Below are positions 41,680 to 55,900 of a stretch of DNA of 64,000 nt, piece after piece. The translations under genes were made by a program, and so were the position numbers. The DNA lies in the NCBI GenBank assembly GCA_964016885.1, contig OZ024741.1, positions 54,870,001 through 54,934,000 of the forward strand, given 5' to 3'. The notes beneath the pieces were generated by a model. The model was not told the origin of the DNA. It saw only the letters and a list, made by a program, of their open reading frames with translations, and did not search any database. Position 1 is the stretch's first letter, and every line of letters begins with the position of its first letter. Source of the stretch: Eledone cirrhosa (Eukaryota).

Positions 41680-42056
41680 TTGTTTCTACTTTTTGGCACA
41701 AGGCCAGCAAATACCCAGTGCATTACTGGTAGTTTATTCTATCGCCCCCCGTAAGAGTGAAAGCCAAAGTTAACCTCGGCGGGTTTTGAACTCAGAATGG
41801 CAAGGGCCGTAACTCTATGTGTCGAAGCATGGCGTCCGACCCTCTACCGATACTGCCAATCGGGCTGCTGCACTGTATAAATGTATATAAGTGATATAAT
41901 CAAGGTCGCTCCGATCTCTATGTGTGCGTGTAACGTATGTTATATATACATAAATGTTTCTACTTTTGGTACAAGGCCAGCAAATACCTAGTGCATTACT
42001 GGTACTTTATTTTATCGACCCCGTAAGGATGAAAGGCAAAGTTAACCTCGGCGGGA
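41680..42056 (-). mobile_element. Two SINE copies (41680-41861, 41955-42056) interleaved with degenerate 67-bp satellite units
   Basis: SINE core and B-box, flanked by gctccgctct.tgtgtgcgtgtaacgtatgttata. Confidence 0.8.
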
Positions 42057-42094
42057 TATATAATGTAAGCTGCTCCACTGTGTAAATGTATATA

Positions 42095-45000
42095 GGTATG
42101 TGATATAATCAAGGTCGCTCCGCTCTATGTGTGTGCCTGTAACGTATGTTATATGTAGATAGGTATGTGATATAATCAAGGTCGCTCCGCTCTATGTGTG
42201 TGCCTGTAACGTATGTTATATATATATAAGTATGTGATATAATCAAGGTCGCTCCGCTCTATGTGTGTGCCTGTAACGTATGTTATATGTATATAGGTAT
42301 GTGATATAGTCAAGGTTGCTCCGCTCTATGTGTGTGCCTGTAACGTATGTTATATGTATATAGGTATGTGATATAGTCAAGGTCGCTCCGCTCTATGTGT
42401 GTGCCTGTAACATATGTTATATGTATATAAGTATGTGATATAGTCAAGGTTGCTCCGCTCTAATGTGTGTGCCTGTAACGTATGTTATATGTATATAAGT
42501 ATGTGATATAATCAAGGTTGCTCCGCTCTCTGTGTGTGCCTGTAACGTATGTTATATGTATATAAGTATGTGATATAATCAAGGTTGCTCCGCTCTATGT
42601 GTGTGCCTGTAACGTATGTTATATGTATATAGGTATGTGATATAGTCAAGGTCGCTCCGCTCTATGTGTGTGCCTGTAACATATGTTATATGTATATAAG
42701 TATGTGATATAGTCAAGGTTGCTCCGCTCTATGTGTGTGCCTGTAACGTATGTTATATGTATATAGGTATGTGATATAGTCAAGGTCGCTCCGCTCTATG
42801 TGTGTGCCTGTAACGTATGTTATATGTATATAAGTATGTGATATAGTCAAGGTTGCTCCGATCTATATGTGTGCCTGTAACGTATGTTATATGTATATAG
42901 GTATGTGATATAATCAAGGTCGCTCCGCTCTATGTGTGTGCCTGTAACGTATGTTATATGTATATAAGTATGTGATATAGTCAAGGTCGCTCCGTTCTCT
43001 CTGTGTGTGCCTGTAACATGTGTTATATGTATATAGGTATGTGATATAGTCAAGGTTGCTCCGATCTATATGTGTGCCTGTAACATATGTTATATGTATA
43101 TAAGTATGTGATATAATCAAGGTTGCTCCGCTCTATGTGTGTGCCTGTAACGTATGTTATATGTATATAAGTATGTGATATAGTCGAGGTCGCTCCGCTC
43201 TATGTGTGTGCCTGTAACGTATGTTATATGTATATAAGTATGTGATATAGTCGAGGTCGCTCCGCTCTATGTGTGTGCCTGTAACGTATGTTATATGTAT
43301 ATAGGTATGTGATATAGTCAAGGTCGCTCCGCTCTATGTGTGTGCCTGTAACATATGTTATATGTATATAAGTATGTGATATAGTCGAGGTCGCTCCGCT
43401 CTATGTGTGTGCCTGTAACGTATGTTATATGTATATAAGTATGTGATATAGTCAAGGTTGCTCCGCTCTATGTGTGTGCCTGTAACGTATGTTATATGTA
43501 TATAGGTATGTGATATAGTCAAGGTCGCTCCGCTCTATGTGTGTGCCTGTAACGTATGTTATATGTATATAGGTATGTGATATAGTCAAGGTCGCTCCGC
43601 TCTATGTGTGTGCCTGTAACGTATGTTATATGTAGATAGGTATGTGATATAGTCAAGGTTGCTCCGCTCTATGTGTGTGCCTGTAACGTATGTTATATGT
43701 ATATAAGTATGTGATATAGTCAAGGTCGCTCCGCTCTATGTGTGTGCCTGTAACATATGTTATATGTATATAAGTATGTGATATAATCAAGGTTGCTCCG
43801 CTCTATGTGTGTGCCTGTAACGTATGTTATATGTATATAAGTATGTGATATAGTCAAGGTTGCTCCGCTCTATGTGTGTGCCTGTAACGTATGTTATATG
43901 TATATAAGTATGTGATATAATCAAGGTTGCTCCGCTCTATGTGTGTGCCTGTAACGTATGTTATATGTATATAAGTATGTGATATAGTCAAGGTTGCTCC
44001 GCTCTATGTGTGTGCCTGTAACATATGTTATATGTATATAAGTATGTGATATAGTCGAGGTCGCTCCGCTCTATGTGTGTGCCTGTAACGTATGTTATAT
44101 GTATATAAGTATGTGATATAGTCAAGGTTGCTCCGCTCTATGTGTGTGCCTGTAACGTATGTTATATGTATATAGGTATGTGATATAGTCAAGGTCGCTC
44201 CGCTCTATGTGTGTGCCTGTAACGTATGTTATATGTATATAGGTATGTGATATAGTCAAGGTCGCTCCGCTCTATGTGTGTGCCTGTAACGTATGTTATA
44301 TGTATATAAGTATGTGATATAGTCAAGGTCGCTCCGCTCTATGTGTGTGCCTGTAACGTATGTTATATGTATATAGGTATGTGATATAGTCAAGGTTGCT
44401 CCGCTCTATGTGTGTGCCTGTAACGTATGTTATATGTATATAGGTATGTGATATAGTCAAGGTCGCTCCGCTCTATGTGTGTGCCTGTAACGTATGTTAT
44501 ATGTATATAGGTATGTGATATAGTCAAGGTCGCTCCGCTCTATGTGTGTGCCTGTAACGTATGTTATATGTATATAAGTATGTGATATAGTCAAGGTCGC
44601 TCCGCTCTATGTGTGTGCCTGTAACGTATGTTATATGTATATAGGTATGTGATATAGTCAAGGTTGCTCCGCTCTATGTGTGTGCCTGTAACGTATGTTA
44701 TATGTATATAAGTATGTGATATAGTCAAGGTCGCTCCGCTCTATGTGTGTGCCTGTAACATATGTTATATGTATATAAGTATGTGATATAATCAAGGTTG
44801 CTCCGCTCTATGTGTGTGCCTGTAACGTATGTTATATGTATATAAGTATGTGATATAGTCAAGGTTGCTCCGCTCTATGTGTGTGCCTGTAACGTATGTT
44901 ATATGTATATAAGTATGTGATATAATCAAGGTTGCTCCGCTCTATGTGTGTGCCTGTAACGTATGTTATATGTATATAGGTATGTGATATAGTCAAGGTC

Positions 45001-46948
45001 GCTCCGCTCTATGTGTGTGCCTGTAACGTATGTTATATGTATATAAGTATGTGATATAATCAAGGTTGCTCCGCTCTATGTGTGTGCCTGTAACGTATGT
45101 TATATGTATATAAGTATGTGATATAATCAAGGTTGCTCCGCTCTATGTGTGTGCCTGTAACGTATGTTATATGTATATAGGTATGTGATATAATCAAGGT
45201 TGCTCCGCTCTATGTGTGTGCCTGTAACGTATGTTATATGTATATAGGTATGTGATATAGTCAAGGTCGCTCCGCTCTATGTGTGTGCCTGTAACGTATG
45301 TTATATGTATATAAGTATGTGATATAATCAAGGTTGCTCCGCTCTATGTGTGTGCCTGTAACGTATGTTATATGTATATAAGTATGTGATATAATCAAGG
45401 TTGCTCCGCTCTATGTGTGTGCCTGTAACGTATGTTATATGTATATAGGTATGTGATATAATCAAGGTTGCTCCGCTCTATGTGTGTGCCTGTAACGTAT
45501 GTTATATGTATATAGGTATGTGATATAGTCAAGGTCGCTCCGCTCTATGTGTGTGCCTGTAACGTATGTTATATGTATATAGGTATGTGATATAATCAAG
45601 GTTGCTCCGCTCTATGTGTGTGCCTGTAACGTATGTTATATGTATATAGGTATGTGATATAGTCAAGGTCGCTCCGCTCTATGTGTGTGCCTGTAACGTA
45701 TGTTATATGTATATAAGTATGTGATATAATCAAGGTTGCTCCGCTCTATGTGTGTGCCTGTAACGTATGTTATATGTATATAGGTATGTGATATAGTCAA
45801 GGTCGCTCCGCTCTATGTGTGTGCCTGTAACATATGTTATATGTATATAAGTATGTGATATAATCAAGGTTGCTCCGCTCTATGTGTGTGCCTGTAACGT
45901 ATGTTATATGTATATAGGTATGTGATATAATCAAGGTTGCTCCGCTCTATGTGTGTGCCTGTAACGTATGTTATATGTATATAAGTATGTGATATAATCA
46001 AGGTTGCTCCGCTCTATGTGTGTGCCTGTAACGTATGTTATATGTATATAGGTATGTGATATAGTCAAGGTCGCTCCGCTCTATGTGTGTGCCTGTAACG
46101 TATGTTATATGTATATAGGTATGTGATATAATCAAGGTTGCTCCGCTCTATGTGTGTGCCTGTAACGTATGTTATATGTATATAGGTATGTGATATAGTC
46201 AAGGTCGCTCCGCTCTATGTGTGTGCCTGTAACATATGTTATATGTATATAAGTATGTGATATAATCAAGGTTGCTCCGCTCTATGTGTGTGCCTGTAAC
46301 GTATGTTATATGTATATAGGTATGTGATATAATCAAGGTTGCTCCGCTCTATGTGTGTGCCTGTAACGTATGTTATATGTATATAAGTATGTGATATAAT
46401 CAAGGTTGCTCCGCTCTATGTGTGTGCCTGTAACGTATGTTATATGTATATAGGTATGTGATATAGTCAAGGTCGCTCCGCTCTATGTGTGTGCCTGTAA
46501 CGTATGTTATATGTATATAGGTATGTGATATAATCAAGGTTGCTCCGCTCTATGTGTGTGCCTGTAACGTATGTTATATGTATATAGGTATGTGATATAG
46601 TCAAGGTCGCTCCGCTCTATGTGTGTGCCTGTAACGTATGTTATATGTATATAAGTATGTGATATAATCAAGGTTGCTCCGCTCTATGTGTGTGCCTGTA
46701 ACGTATGTTATATGTATATAAGTATGTGATATAATCAAGGTTGCTCCGCTCTATGTGTGTGCCTGTAACGTATGTTATATGTATATAAGTATGTGATATA
46801 GTCAAGGTCGCTCCGCTCTCTGTGTGTGCCTGTAACGTATGTTATATGTATATAAGTATGTGATATAGTCAAGGTCGCTCCGCTCTATGTGTGTGCCTGT
46901 AACGTATGTTATATGTAGATAGGTATGTGATATAATCAAGGTCGCTCC
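42095..46948. repeat. 67-bp tandem minisatellite, about 72 copies
   Basis: Unit tgtgatata(g/a)tcaaggt(c/t)gctccgctctatgtgtgtgcctgtaacgtatgttatatgtatata(g/a)gta; period 67 (42101 to 42168). Confidence 0.97.
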
Positions 46949-47423
46949 ACCTTTTTTGCACATGTTCTGTGTATTTGTGTGTATGTTATGTATGAGTGCG
47001 TGTGAGAATGTGTGAGTGTGTATTTGCTTCTGTATATGTAAATGTCAGTGTGTATATGTGTATGTTTGTATTCGTGCCTTTGTAATGGCGCTGGTGTTGT
47101 CGAGTGGATAAGCTCGTTTAGCAATCATGATGTTCACATGTGATGCTACTGAATGACATTATATGCGAATGTCTTCTACCATAGCTCCAGGTCAAGACAA
47201 ATCTGAGGATTAATAATTGGATAGACGGATACTGTGTAGATGCCCGTCGGCTCATGCGAAAATATTAACAGGTTCTTGGCGCCCAACCCCTCCCTCTCTC
47301 TCTTTTTCTTTCATTTTATTTCTCTCATTCTCTCTCTCTCACTCCCTTTGTGTGTCTGTATATATATATATACATACACATACACACATATATATATATA
47401 TATTCATATATATATATATATAT

Positions 47424-47881
47424 ATACACAATATATTAATAAATGGAAACTCTATTTATAAAACCATATTTATTTTCTTATATATATTTCAAGGGCAAGC
47501 AAGGCAAATTACGGTCCGCTTTCATCAGATAAAATACAGATTGGTTTTATAAATAAATATTGACATACCCGGAAAAAAAGACAACGTTAACCGTTGGAGC
47601 TTCCTGGAAGCTATCCAGGAAGCTCCAACTGTTAACGTTGTCTTTTTTTCCGGGTATGTCAATATTTATTTATAAAACCAATCTGTATTTTATCTGATGA
47701 AAGCGGACCGTAATTTGCCTTGCTTGCCCTTGAAATATATATAAGAAAATAAATATGGTTTTATAAATAGAGTTTCCATTTATTAATATATTGTGTATTT
47801 CCTCCACCCCCTGTTGAGTCCTTTATTTAAGTTATAAAAATGTTTAAGCTTGTTGAATCCCAACAAATTAAATATAACCTC

Positions 47882-47886
<5 letters not shown>
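47424..47886. mobile_element. Near-perfect ~185-bp-arm palindrome (47424-47798) with HHR and unpaired 3' tail
   Basis: Centre at about 47611 (ggagcttcctgga-agcta-tccaggaagctcc). Confidence 0.85.
47686..47751 (+). ncRNA. Type I HHR motif
   Basis: tattttat CTGATGA aagcgg...ccctt GAAA tatata TA agaaaata. An antisense copy is at 47471-47536. Confidence 0.7.
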
Positions 47887-47963
<77 letters not shown>

Positions 47964-48214
47964 GGAACAAGTATGGCCTCGACGGCAGAGCTCAAGCCCT
48001 TTCGACGGCTAGTCCAGAATTAGCCGTCGAAATGGCTTGGGCTCTGCCGTCGAGGCCATACTTGTTCCTATTACCCACTCTACTACCTTAAGTATTGAGT
48101 ACTTTGGTGCGTTATGGTCCATCTGGTTGCTTACCACATTTCCTTCGTTATATATATATATATATCCATATATATACATATATATATATATATATATCTG
48201 TATATATATATATG

Positions 48215-48302
<88 letters not shown>

Positions 48303-48305
48303 CTG

Positions 48306-48341
<36 letters not shown>

Positions 48342-48347
48342 AATCTG

Positions 48348-48384
<37 letters not shown>

Positions 48385-48573
48385 ATACAGATATCTATTA
48401 CACTGACTACGTATACTGTCATTTAGATACGGGTGTTTCATTGGCTGCATATTTCAAATTTTTCTGTGACAAGCCCCAAATCCTTGACTTTTATTGATAC
48501 CATTTAATAATGGATATTCTTTATCACATTCAATACAATACAGGGTGTCCTAAAAATGTATACGCAATATTAT

Positions 48574-48835
48574 GTGGTGGATTGGTAGTATCGGTAGAGG
48601 GTCTGACGCCATGCTTTGCAGCATAGAATTACGGCCCTTGCCATTCTGAGTTCAAATCCCGCCGAGGTTAACTTTGCCTTTCATCCTTACGGGGTCGATA
48701 AAATAAAGTACCAGTCACGCATTGGGCTCGATTTAATCGACTTTCTTCTACCCCAAAATTGTTGGCCTTGTGCCTATATAAGAAACCACCAGTAATACAC
48801 TGGGTTATTGCTGGCCTTGTGCCTAACGTAGAAAC
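48574..48835 (+). mobile_element. tRNA-derived SINE with duplicated tail
   Basis: ggtggattggtagtatcggtagag...gagttcaaatcccgccgaggttaactttgcctttcatcc...ggccttgtgcct...agaaac, tail present twice. Confidence 0.85.
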
Positions 48836-49264
48836 CATTATTACGTAGAGATAAAGCATAGAGTCAACTTTCACCATGCTTATTAGGTAGGCGTACGTTG
48901 AGCGCCGGTTCACACAATCTTTCCAAATGTATGTAATGTATGCCTGACGGCCCCGAGTTAAAGGAATATAAAAAATATATACAGAATTGTAACCATAAAG
49001 AATCAGAATGATCGGAAAATAAACTTTTGTGTACGTTTTGAGATCAGTTGCCCCATTTGTATGTTTTTGTGTCTTTTGCTGAGATGTGTTTATCCATATG
49101 TGTGTGTCTATGAATGCTTGTGCGGTGGTGGTGGTAGTGGTGGTAGTGAAAGTGTTACTAGATGTAGAGGATAGAATATGTTGGAGGAGATTGAGGTTCG
49201 TGTTGTGACTAGAATGCCAGAACTTTTAGAGTGTCTGATAAAATGCCATTGCAATATTTGTTAT

Positions 49265-49662
49265 GGTGGATTGGCTAAGGGCGTTGGATTGGTAGTATGG
49301 GTAAGGCGTCGGACAGCATGCTTCATGACATAGAATTACGCCCCTTTTACGATCTGAGTTCAGATCCTTCAGAGGTTAGCCCTGCCTTTCATCCTGACGG
49401 GGTCGATAAAATAAGGTACCAGTAATGCACTGTTGTCGATTTTAATCAACTTTCCTCTCCCCCAAAAATTGTTAGCCTTGTGCCTAAATCAGAAACCAAT
49501 ATTTGTTCTGGCTCTTTACATTTTGAGTTCAAATCCGGCCGAAGTCAACTTCGCCTTTCATTATTCCGGGGTCAATAAAATAAAATACCAGTCAAGTGCT
49601 GGGGTTGACTAACCAGCTTTGCCCTTCCCCCACATTTCCTGGTTTTGTAGCCAAGTTAGAAA
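49265..49662 (+). mobile_element. Two SINE copies
   Basis: B-box gagttca.atcc plus core at about 49355 and 49525. Confidence 0.8.
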
Positions 49663-49989
49663 TTAATGTTGATGATGATAATAGTAATGATATTGGGGTT
49701 TACATTATTGTTGTTGTTATTGTTGTGGAAGAGTACGAAGACTACGATGGTGGGCGTGGGGTAGCTCTGTTAGTGTTGGTGATAGTGATGATTACTGAGA
49801 TTGGGATAATGTTGGTGTTTGTGGTGGGGTGGAGTGTTGGTGGTATTGGTAAGGATGGAGAGGGGATTATGGTAGTAATGGTGACACTGGAGAAGACTAT
49901 GGAGCAGTTACGGCAGTGGTAGAGACGGTGTGGGTGGTGGTGGCAGACGTAGTGGTGGTGGTGGTGTTAGTAGTAGTGGTGGTAATGTT

Positions 49990-52900
49990 GTTAGTGTTTA
50001 GTGGTAATGGTAGTGGTAGTGATGGAGTTAGTAGTAGTGGTGGTGATGGTGTTAGTCTTACTGGTAGTGGTAGGGAGAGAATTGGTAGTAGTGATAGTGA
50101 TGGTGTTAATGATAGTGGTGGTGATGGTGTTAGTAGTAGTGGTGGGGCTGGTGTTAGTGTTTAGTGGTAGTGGTAGTGGTAGTGGTAGTGGTAGTGGTGG
50201 TGGTAATGGTAGTGGTAGTGGTAGTGGTAGTGCTGGTGTTAGTAGTAGTGCTGGTAATGGTGTTAGTGTTTAGTGGTAGTGGTAGTGGTGGTGGTAATGG
50301 TAGTGGTAGTGGTAGTGGTAGTGGTGGTGGTAATGGTGTTAGTGTTAGTGGTGGTGGTAGTGGTAGTGATGGAGTTAGTAGTAGTGGTGGTGATGGTGTT
50401 AGTGTTAGTGGTGGTGGTAGTGGTGGTGATGGTGTTAGTGTTAGTGGTGGTGGTAGTGGTAGTGGTAGTGGTAGTGATGGAGTTAGTAGTAGTGGTGGTG
50501 ATGGTGTTAGTGTTAGTGGTGGTGGTAGTGGTAGTGGTAGTGGTAGTGATGGAGTTAGTAGTAGTGGTGGTGATGGTGTTAGTGTTAGTGGTGGTGGTAG
50601 TGGTAGTGATGGAGTTAGTAGTAGTGGTGGTGATGGTGTTAGTGTTAGTGGTGGTGGTAGTGGTAGTGATGGAGTTAGTAGTAGTGGTGGTGATGGTGTT
50701 AGTGTTAGTGGTGGTGGTAGTGGTAGTGATGGAGTTAGTAGTAGTGGTGGTGATGGTGTTAGTGTTAGTGGTGGTGGTAGTGGTAGTGATGGAGTTAGTA
50801 GTAGTGGTGGTGATGGTGTTAGTGTTAGTGGTGGTGGTAGTGGTGGTGATGGTGTTAGTAGTAGTGGTGGAAATGGTGTTAGTGTTAGTGGTGGTGGTAG
50901 TGGTGGTGATGGTGTTAGTGTTAGTGGTGGTGGTAGTGGTAGTGGTAGTGGTAGTGATGGAGTTAGTAGTAGTGGTGGTGATGGTGTTAGTGTTAGTGGT
51001 GGTGGTAGTGGTAGTGATGGAGTTAGTAGTAGTGGTGGTGATGGTGTTAGTGTTAGTGGTGGTGGTAGTGGTGGTGATGGTGTTAGTAGTAGTGGTGGAA
51101 ATGGTGTTAGTGTTAGTGGTGGTGGTAGTGGTGGTGATGGTGTTAGTGTTAGTGGTGGTGGTAGTGGTAGTGGTAGTGGTAGTGATGGAGTTAGTAGTAG
51201 TGGTGGTGATGGTGTTAGTGTTAGTGGTGGTGGTAGTGGTAGTGATGGAGTTAGTAGTAGTGGTGGTGATGGTGTTAGTGTTAGTGGTGGTGGTAGTGGT
51301 GGTGATGGTGTTAGTAGTAGTGGTGGAAATGGTGTTAGTGTTAGTGGTGGTGGTAGTGGTGGTGATGGTGTTAGTGTTAGTGGTGGTGGTAGTGGTAGTG
51401 GTAGTGGTAGTGATGGAGTTAGTAGTAGTGGTGGTGATGGTGTTAGTGTTAGTGGTGGTGGTAGTGGTAGTGATGGAGTTAGTAGTAGTGGTGGTGATGG
51501 TGTTAGTGTTAGTGGTGGTGGTAGTGGTAGTGATGGAGTTAGTAGTAGTGGTGGTGATGGTGTTAGTGTTAGTGGTGGTGGTAGTGGTGGTGATGGTGTT
51601 AGTAGTAGTGGTGGAAATGGTGTTAGTGTTAGTGGTGGTGGTAGTGGTGGTGATGGTGTTAGTGTTAGTGGTGGTGGTAGTGGTAGTGGTAGTGGTAGTG
51701 ATGGAGTTAGTAGTAGTGGTGGTGATGGTGTTAGTGTTAGTGGTGGTGGTAGTGGTAGTGATGGAGTTAGTAGTAGTGGTGGTGATGGTGTTAGTGTTAG
51801 TGGTGGTGGTAGTGGTAGTGATGGAGTTAGTAGTAGTGGTGGTGATGGTGTTAGTGTTAGTGGTGGTGGTAGTGGTAGTGATGGAGTTAGTAGTAGTGGT
51901 GGTGATGGTGTTAGTGTTAGTGGTGGTGGTAGTGGTAGTGATGGAGTTAGTAGTAGTGGTGGAAATGGTGTTAGTGTTAGTGGTGGTGGTAGTGGTAGTG
52001 ATGGAGTTAGTAGTAGTGGTGATGATGGTGTTAGTGTTAGTGATGGTGGTAGTGGTGGTGGTAGTGGTAGTGATGGAGTTAGTAGTAGAGGTGGAAATGG
52101 TGTTAGTGTTAGTGGTGGTGGTAGTGGTAGTGATGGAGTTAGTAGTAGTGGTGGAAATGGTGTTAGTGTTAGTGGTGGTGGTAGTGGTAGTGATGGAGTT
52201 AGTAGTAGTGGTGGAAATGGTGTTAGTGTTAGTGGTGGTGGTAGTGGTAGTGATGGAGTTAGTAGTAGTGGTGATGATGGTGTTAGTGTTAGTGGTGGTG
52301 GTAGTGGTAGTGATGGAGTTAGTAGTAGAGGTGGTGATGGTGTTAGTGTTAGTGGTGGTGGTAGTGGTAGTGATGGAGTTAGTAGTAGTGGTGGAAATGG
52401 TGTTAGTGTTAGTAGTAGTGGTAGTGGTAGTGATGGAGTTAGTAGTAGAGGTGGTGATGGTGTTAGTGTTAGTGGTGGTGGTAGTGGTAGTGATGGAGTT
52501 AGTAGTAGAGGTGGTGATGGTGTTAGTGTTAGTGGTGGTTGTAGTGGTAGTGATGGAGTTAGTAGTAGAGGTGGTGATGGTGTTAGTGTTAGTGGTGGTG
52601 GTAGTGGTAGTGATGGAGTTAGTAGTAGAGGTGGTGATGGTGTTAGTGGTGGTGGTAGTGGTAGTGGTAGTGGTAGTGGTAGTGGTAGTGATGGAGTTAG
52701 TAGTAGTGGTGGAAATGGTGTTAGTGTTAGTGGTGGTGGTAGTGGTAGTGATGGAGTTAGTAGTAGTGGTGGTGATGGTGTTAGTGTTAGTGGTGGTGGT
52801 AGTGGTAGTGATGGAGTTAGTAGTAGTGGTGCTGATGGTGTTAGTGGTAGTGGTAGTGGTAGTGGTAGTGATGGGGTTAGTAGTAGTAGTGGTAATGCTG

Positions 52901-55900
52901 TTAGTGTTAGTGGTGGTGGTAGTGGTAGTGATGGAGTTAGTAGTAGTGGTGGTAATGGTGTTAGTGTTAGTGGTGGTGGTAGTGGTAGTGGTAGTGGTAG
53001 TGATGGAGTTAGTAGTAGAGGTGGTGATGGTGTTAGTGTTAGTCGTAGTGGTAGTGGTAGTGATGGGGTTAGTAGTAGTAGTGGTAATGGTGTTAGTGTT
53101 AGTGGTGGTGGTAGTGGTAGTGATGGAGTTAGTAGTAGTGGTGGTAATGGTGTTAGTGTTAGTGGTGGTGGTAGTGGTAGTGGTAGTGGTAGTGATGGAG
53201 TTAGTAGTAGAGGTGGTGATGGTGTTAGTGTTAGTGGTGGTGGTAGTGGTAGTGATGGAGTTAGTAGTAGTGGTGGTAATGGTGTTAGTGGTGGTGGTAG
53301 TGGTAGTGGTAGTGATGGAGTTAGTAGTAGAGGTGGTGATGGTGTTAGTGTTAGTGGTGGTGGTAGTGGTGGTGATGGAGTTAGTAGTAGTGGTGGAAAT
53401 GGTGTTAGTGTTAGTGGTAGTGGTAGTGGTAGTGATGGAGTTAGTGTTAGTGGTAGTGGTAGTGGTAGTGATGGAGTTAGTAGTAGTGGTGGAAATGGTG
53501 TTAGTGTTAGTGGTGGTGGTAGTGGTAGTGATGGAGTTAGTAGTAGTGGTGGAAATGGTGTTAGTGGTAGTGGTAGTGGTAGTGATGGAGTTAGTAGTAG
53601 TGGTGGAAATGGTGTTAGTGTTAGTGGTGGTGGTAGTGGTAGTGATGGAGTTAGTAGTAGTGGTGGAAATGGTGTTAGTGTTAGTGGTGGTGGTAGTGGT
53701 AGTGATGGAGTTAGTAGTAGTGGTGGAAATGGTGTTAGTGTTAGTGGTGGTGGTAGTGGTAGTGATGGAGTTAGTAGTAGTGGTGATGATGGTGTTAGTG
53801 TTAGTGGTGGTGGTAGTGGTAGTGATGGAGTTAGTAGTAGTGGTGGAAATGGTGTTAGTGTTAGTGGTGGTGGTAGTGGTAGTGATGGAGTTAGTAGTAG
53901 TGGTGGAAATGGTGTTAGTGTTAGTGGTGGTGGTAGTGGTAGTGATGGAGTTAGTAGTAGTGGTGGAAATGGTGTTAGTGTTAGTGGTGGTGGTAGTGGT
54001 AGTGATGGAGTTAGTAGTAGTGGTGATGATGGTGTTAGTGTTAGTGGTGGTGGTAGTGGTAGTGATGGAGTTAGTAGTAGTGGTGGAAATGGTGTTAGTG
54101 TTAGTGGTGGTGGTAGTGGTAGTGATGGAGTTAGTAGTAGTGGTGGAAATGGTGTTAGTGTTAGTGGTGGTGGTAGTGGTAGTGATGGAGTTAGTAGTAG
54201 TGGTGGTGATGGTGTTAGTGTTAGTGGTGGTGGTAGTGGTAGTGATGGAGTTAGTAGTAGTGGTGGAAATGGTGTTAGTGTTAGTGGTGGTGGTAGTGGT
54301 AGTGATGGAGTTAGTAGTAGTGGTGGAAATGGTGTTAGTGTTAGTGGTGGTGGTAGTGGTAGTGATGGAGTTAGTAGTAGTGGTGGAAATGGTGTTAGTG
54401 TTAGTGGTGGTGGTAGTGGTAGTGATGGAGTTAGTAGTAGTGGTGATGATGGTGTTAGTGTTAGTGGTGGTGGTAGTGGTAGTGATGGAGTTAGTAGTAG
54501 TGGTGGTGATGGTGTTAGTGTTAGTGGTGGTGGTAGTGGTAGTGATGGAGTTAGTAGTAGAGGTGGTGATGGTGTTAGTGTTAGTGGTGGTGGTAGTGGT
54601 AGTGATGGAGTTAGTAGTAGTGGTGGAAATGGTGTTAGTGTTAGTGGTGGTGGTAGTGGTAGTGATGGAGTTAGTAGTAGTGGTGGAAATGGTGTTAGTG
54701 TTAGTGGTGGTGGTAGTGGTAGTGATGGAGTTAGTAGTAGTGGTGATGATGGTGTTAGTGTTAGTGGTGGTGGTAGTGGTAGTGATGGAGTTAGTAGTAG
54801 AGGTGGTGATGGTGTTAGTGTTAGTGGTGGTGGTAGTGGTAGTGATGGAGTTAGTAGTAGTGGTGGAAATGGTGTTAGTGTTAGTGGTGGTGGTAGTGGT
54901 AGTGATGGAGTTAGTAGTAGTGGTAGTGATGGTGTTAGTGTTAGTGGTGGTGGTAGTGGTAGTGATGGAGTTAGTAGTAGTGGTGTAAATGGTGTTAGTG
55001 TTAGTAGTAGTGGTAGTGGTAGTGATGGAGTTAGTAGTAGTGGTGGAAATGGTGTTAGTGTTAGTGGTGGTGGTAGTGGTAGTGGTGGAGTTAGTAGTAG
55101 TGGTGGTGATGGTGTTAGTGTTAGTAGTAGTGGTAGTGGTAGTGATGGAGTTAGTAGTAGTGGTGTAAATGGTGTTAGTGTTAGTAGTAGTGGTAGTGGT
55201 AGTGATGGAGTTAGTAGTAGTGGTGGAAATGGTGTTAGTGTTAGTGGTGGTGGTAGTGGTAGTGATGGAGTTAGTAGTAGTGGTGGAAATGGTGTTAGTG
55301 TTAGTAGTAGTGGTAGTGGTAGTGATGGAGTTAGTAGTAGTGGTGGAAATGGTGTTAGTGTTAGTGGTGGTGGTAGTGGTAGTGGTGGAGTTAGTAGTAG
55401 TGGTGGTGATGGTGTTAGTGTTAGTGGTGGTGGTAGTGGTAGTGATGGAGTTAGTAGTAGAGGTGGTGATGGTGTTAGTGTTAGTGGTGGTGGTAGTGGT
55501 AGTGATGGAGTTAGTAGTAGAGGTGGTGATGGTGTTAGTGTTAGTGGTGGTGGTAGTGGTAGTGATGGAGTTAGTAGTAGTGGTGGTGATGGTGTTAGTG
55601 TTAGTGGTGGTGGTAGTGGTAGTGATGGAGTTAGTAGTAGAGGTGGTGATGGTGTTAGTGTTAGTGGTGGTGGTAGTGGTAGTGATGGAGTTAGTAGTAG
55701 AGGTGGTGATGGTGTTAGTGGTGGTGGTAGTGGTAGTGGTAGTGATGGAGTTAGTAGTAGTGGTGCTGATGGTGTTAGTGGTAGTGGTGGTGGTAGTGGT
55801 AGTGATGGAGTTAGTAGTAGTGGTGGTAATGGTGTTAGTGTTAGTGGTGGTGGTAGTGGTAGTGGTAGTGGTAGTGGTGGAGTTAGTAGTAGTGGTGGAA

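Noticed and set aside
42095-46948. 67-bp array as a CRISPR or HHR array
   Set aside because: It has no unique spacers and no CUGANGA/GAAA core.
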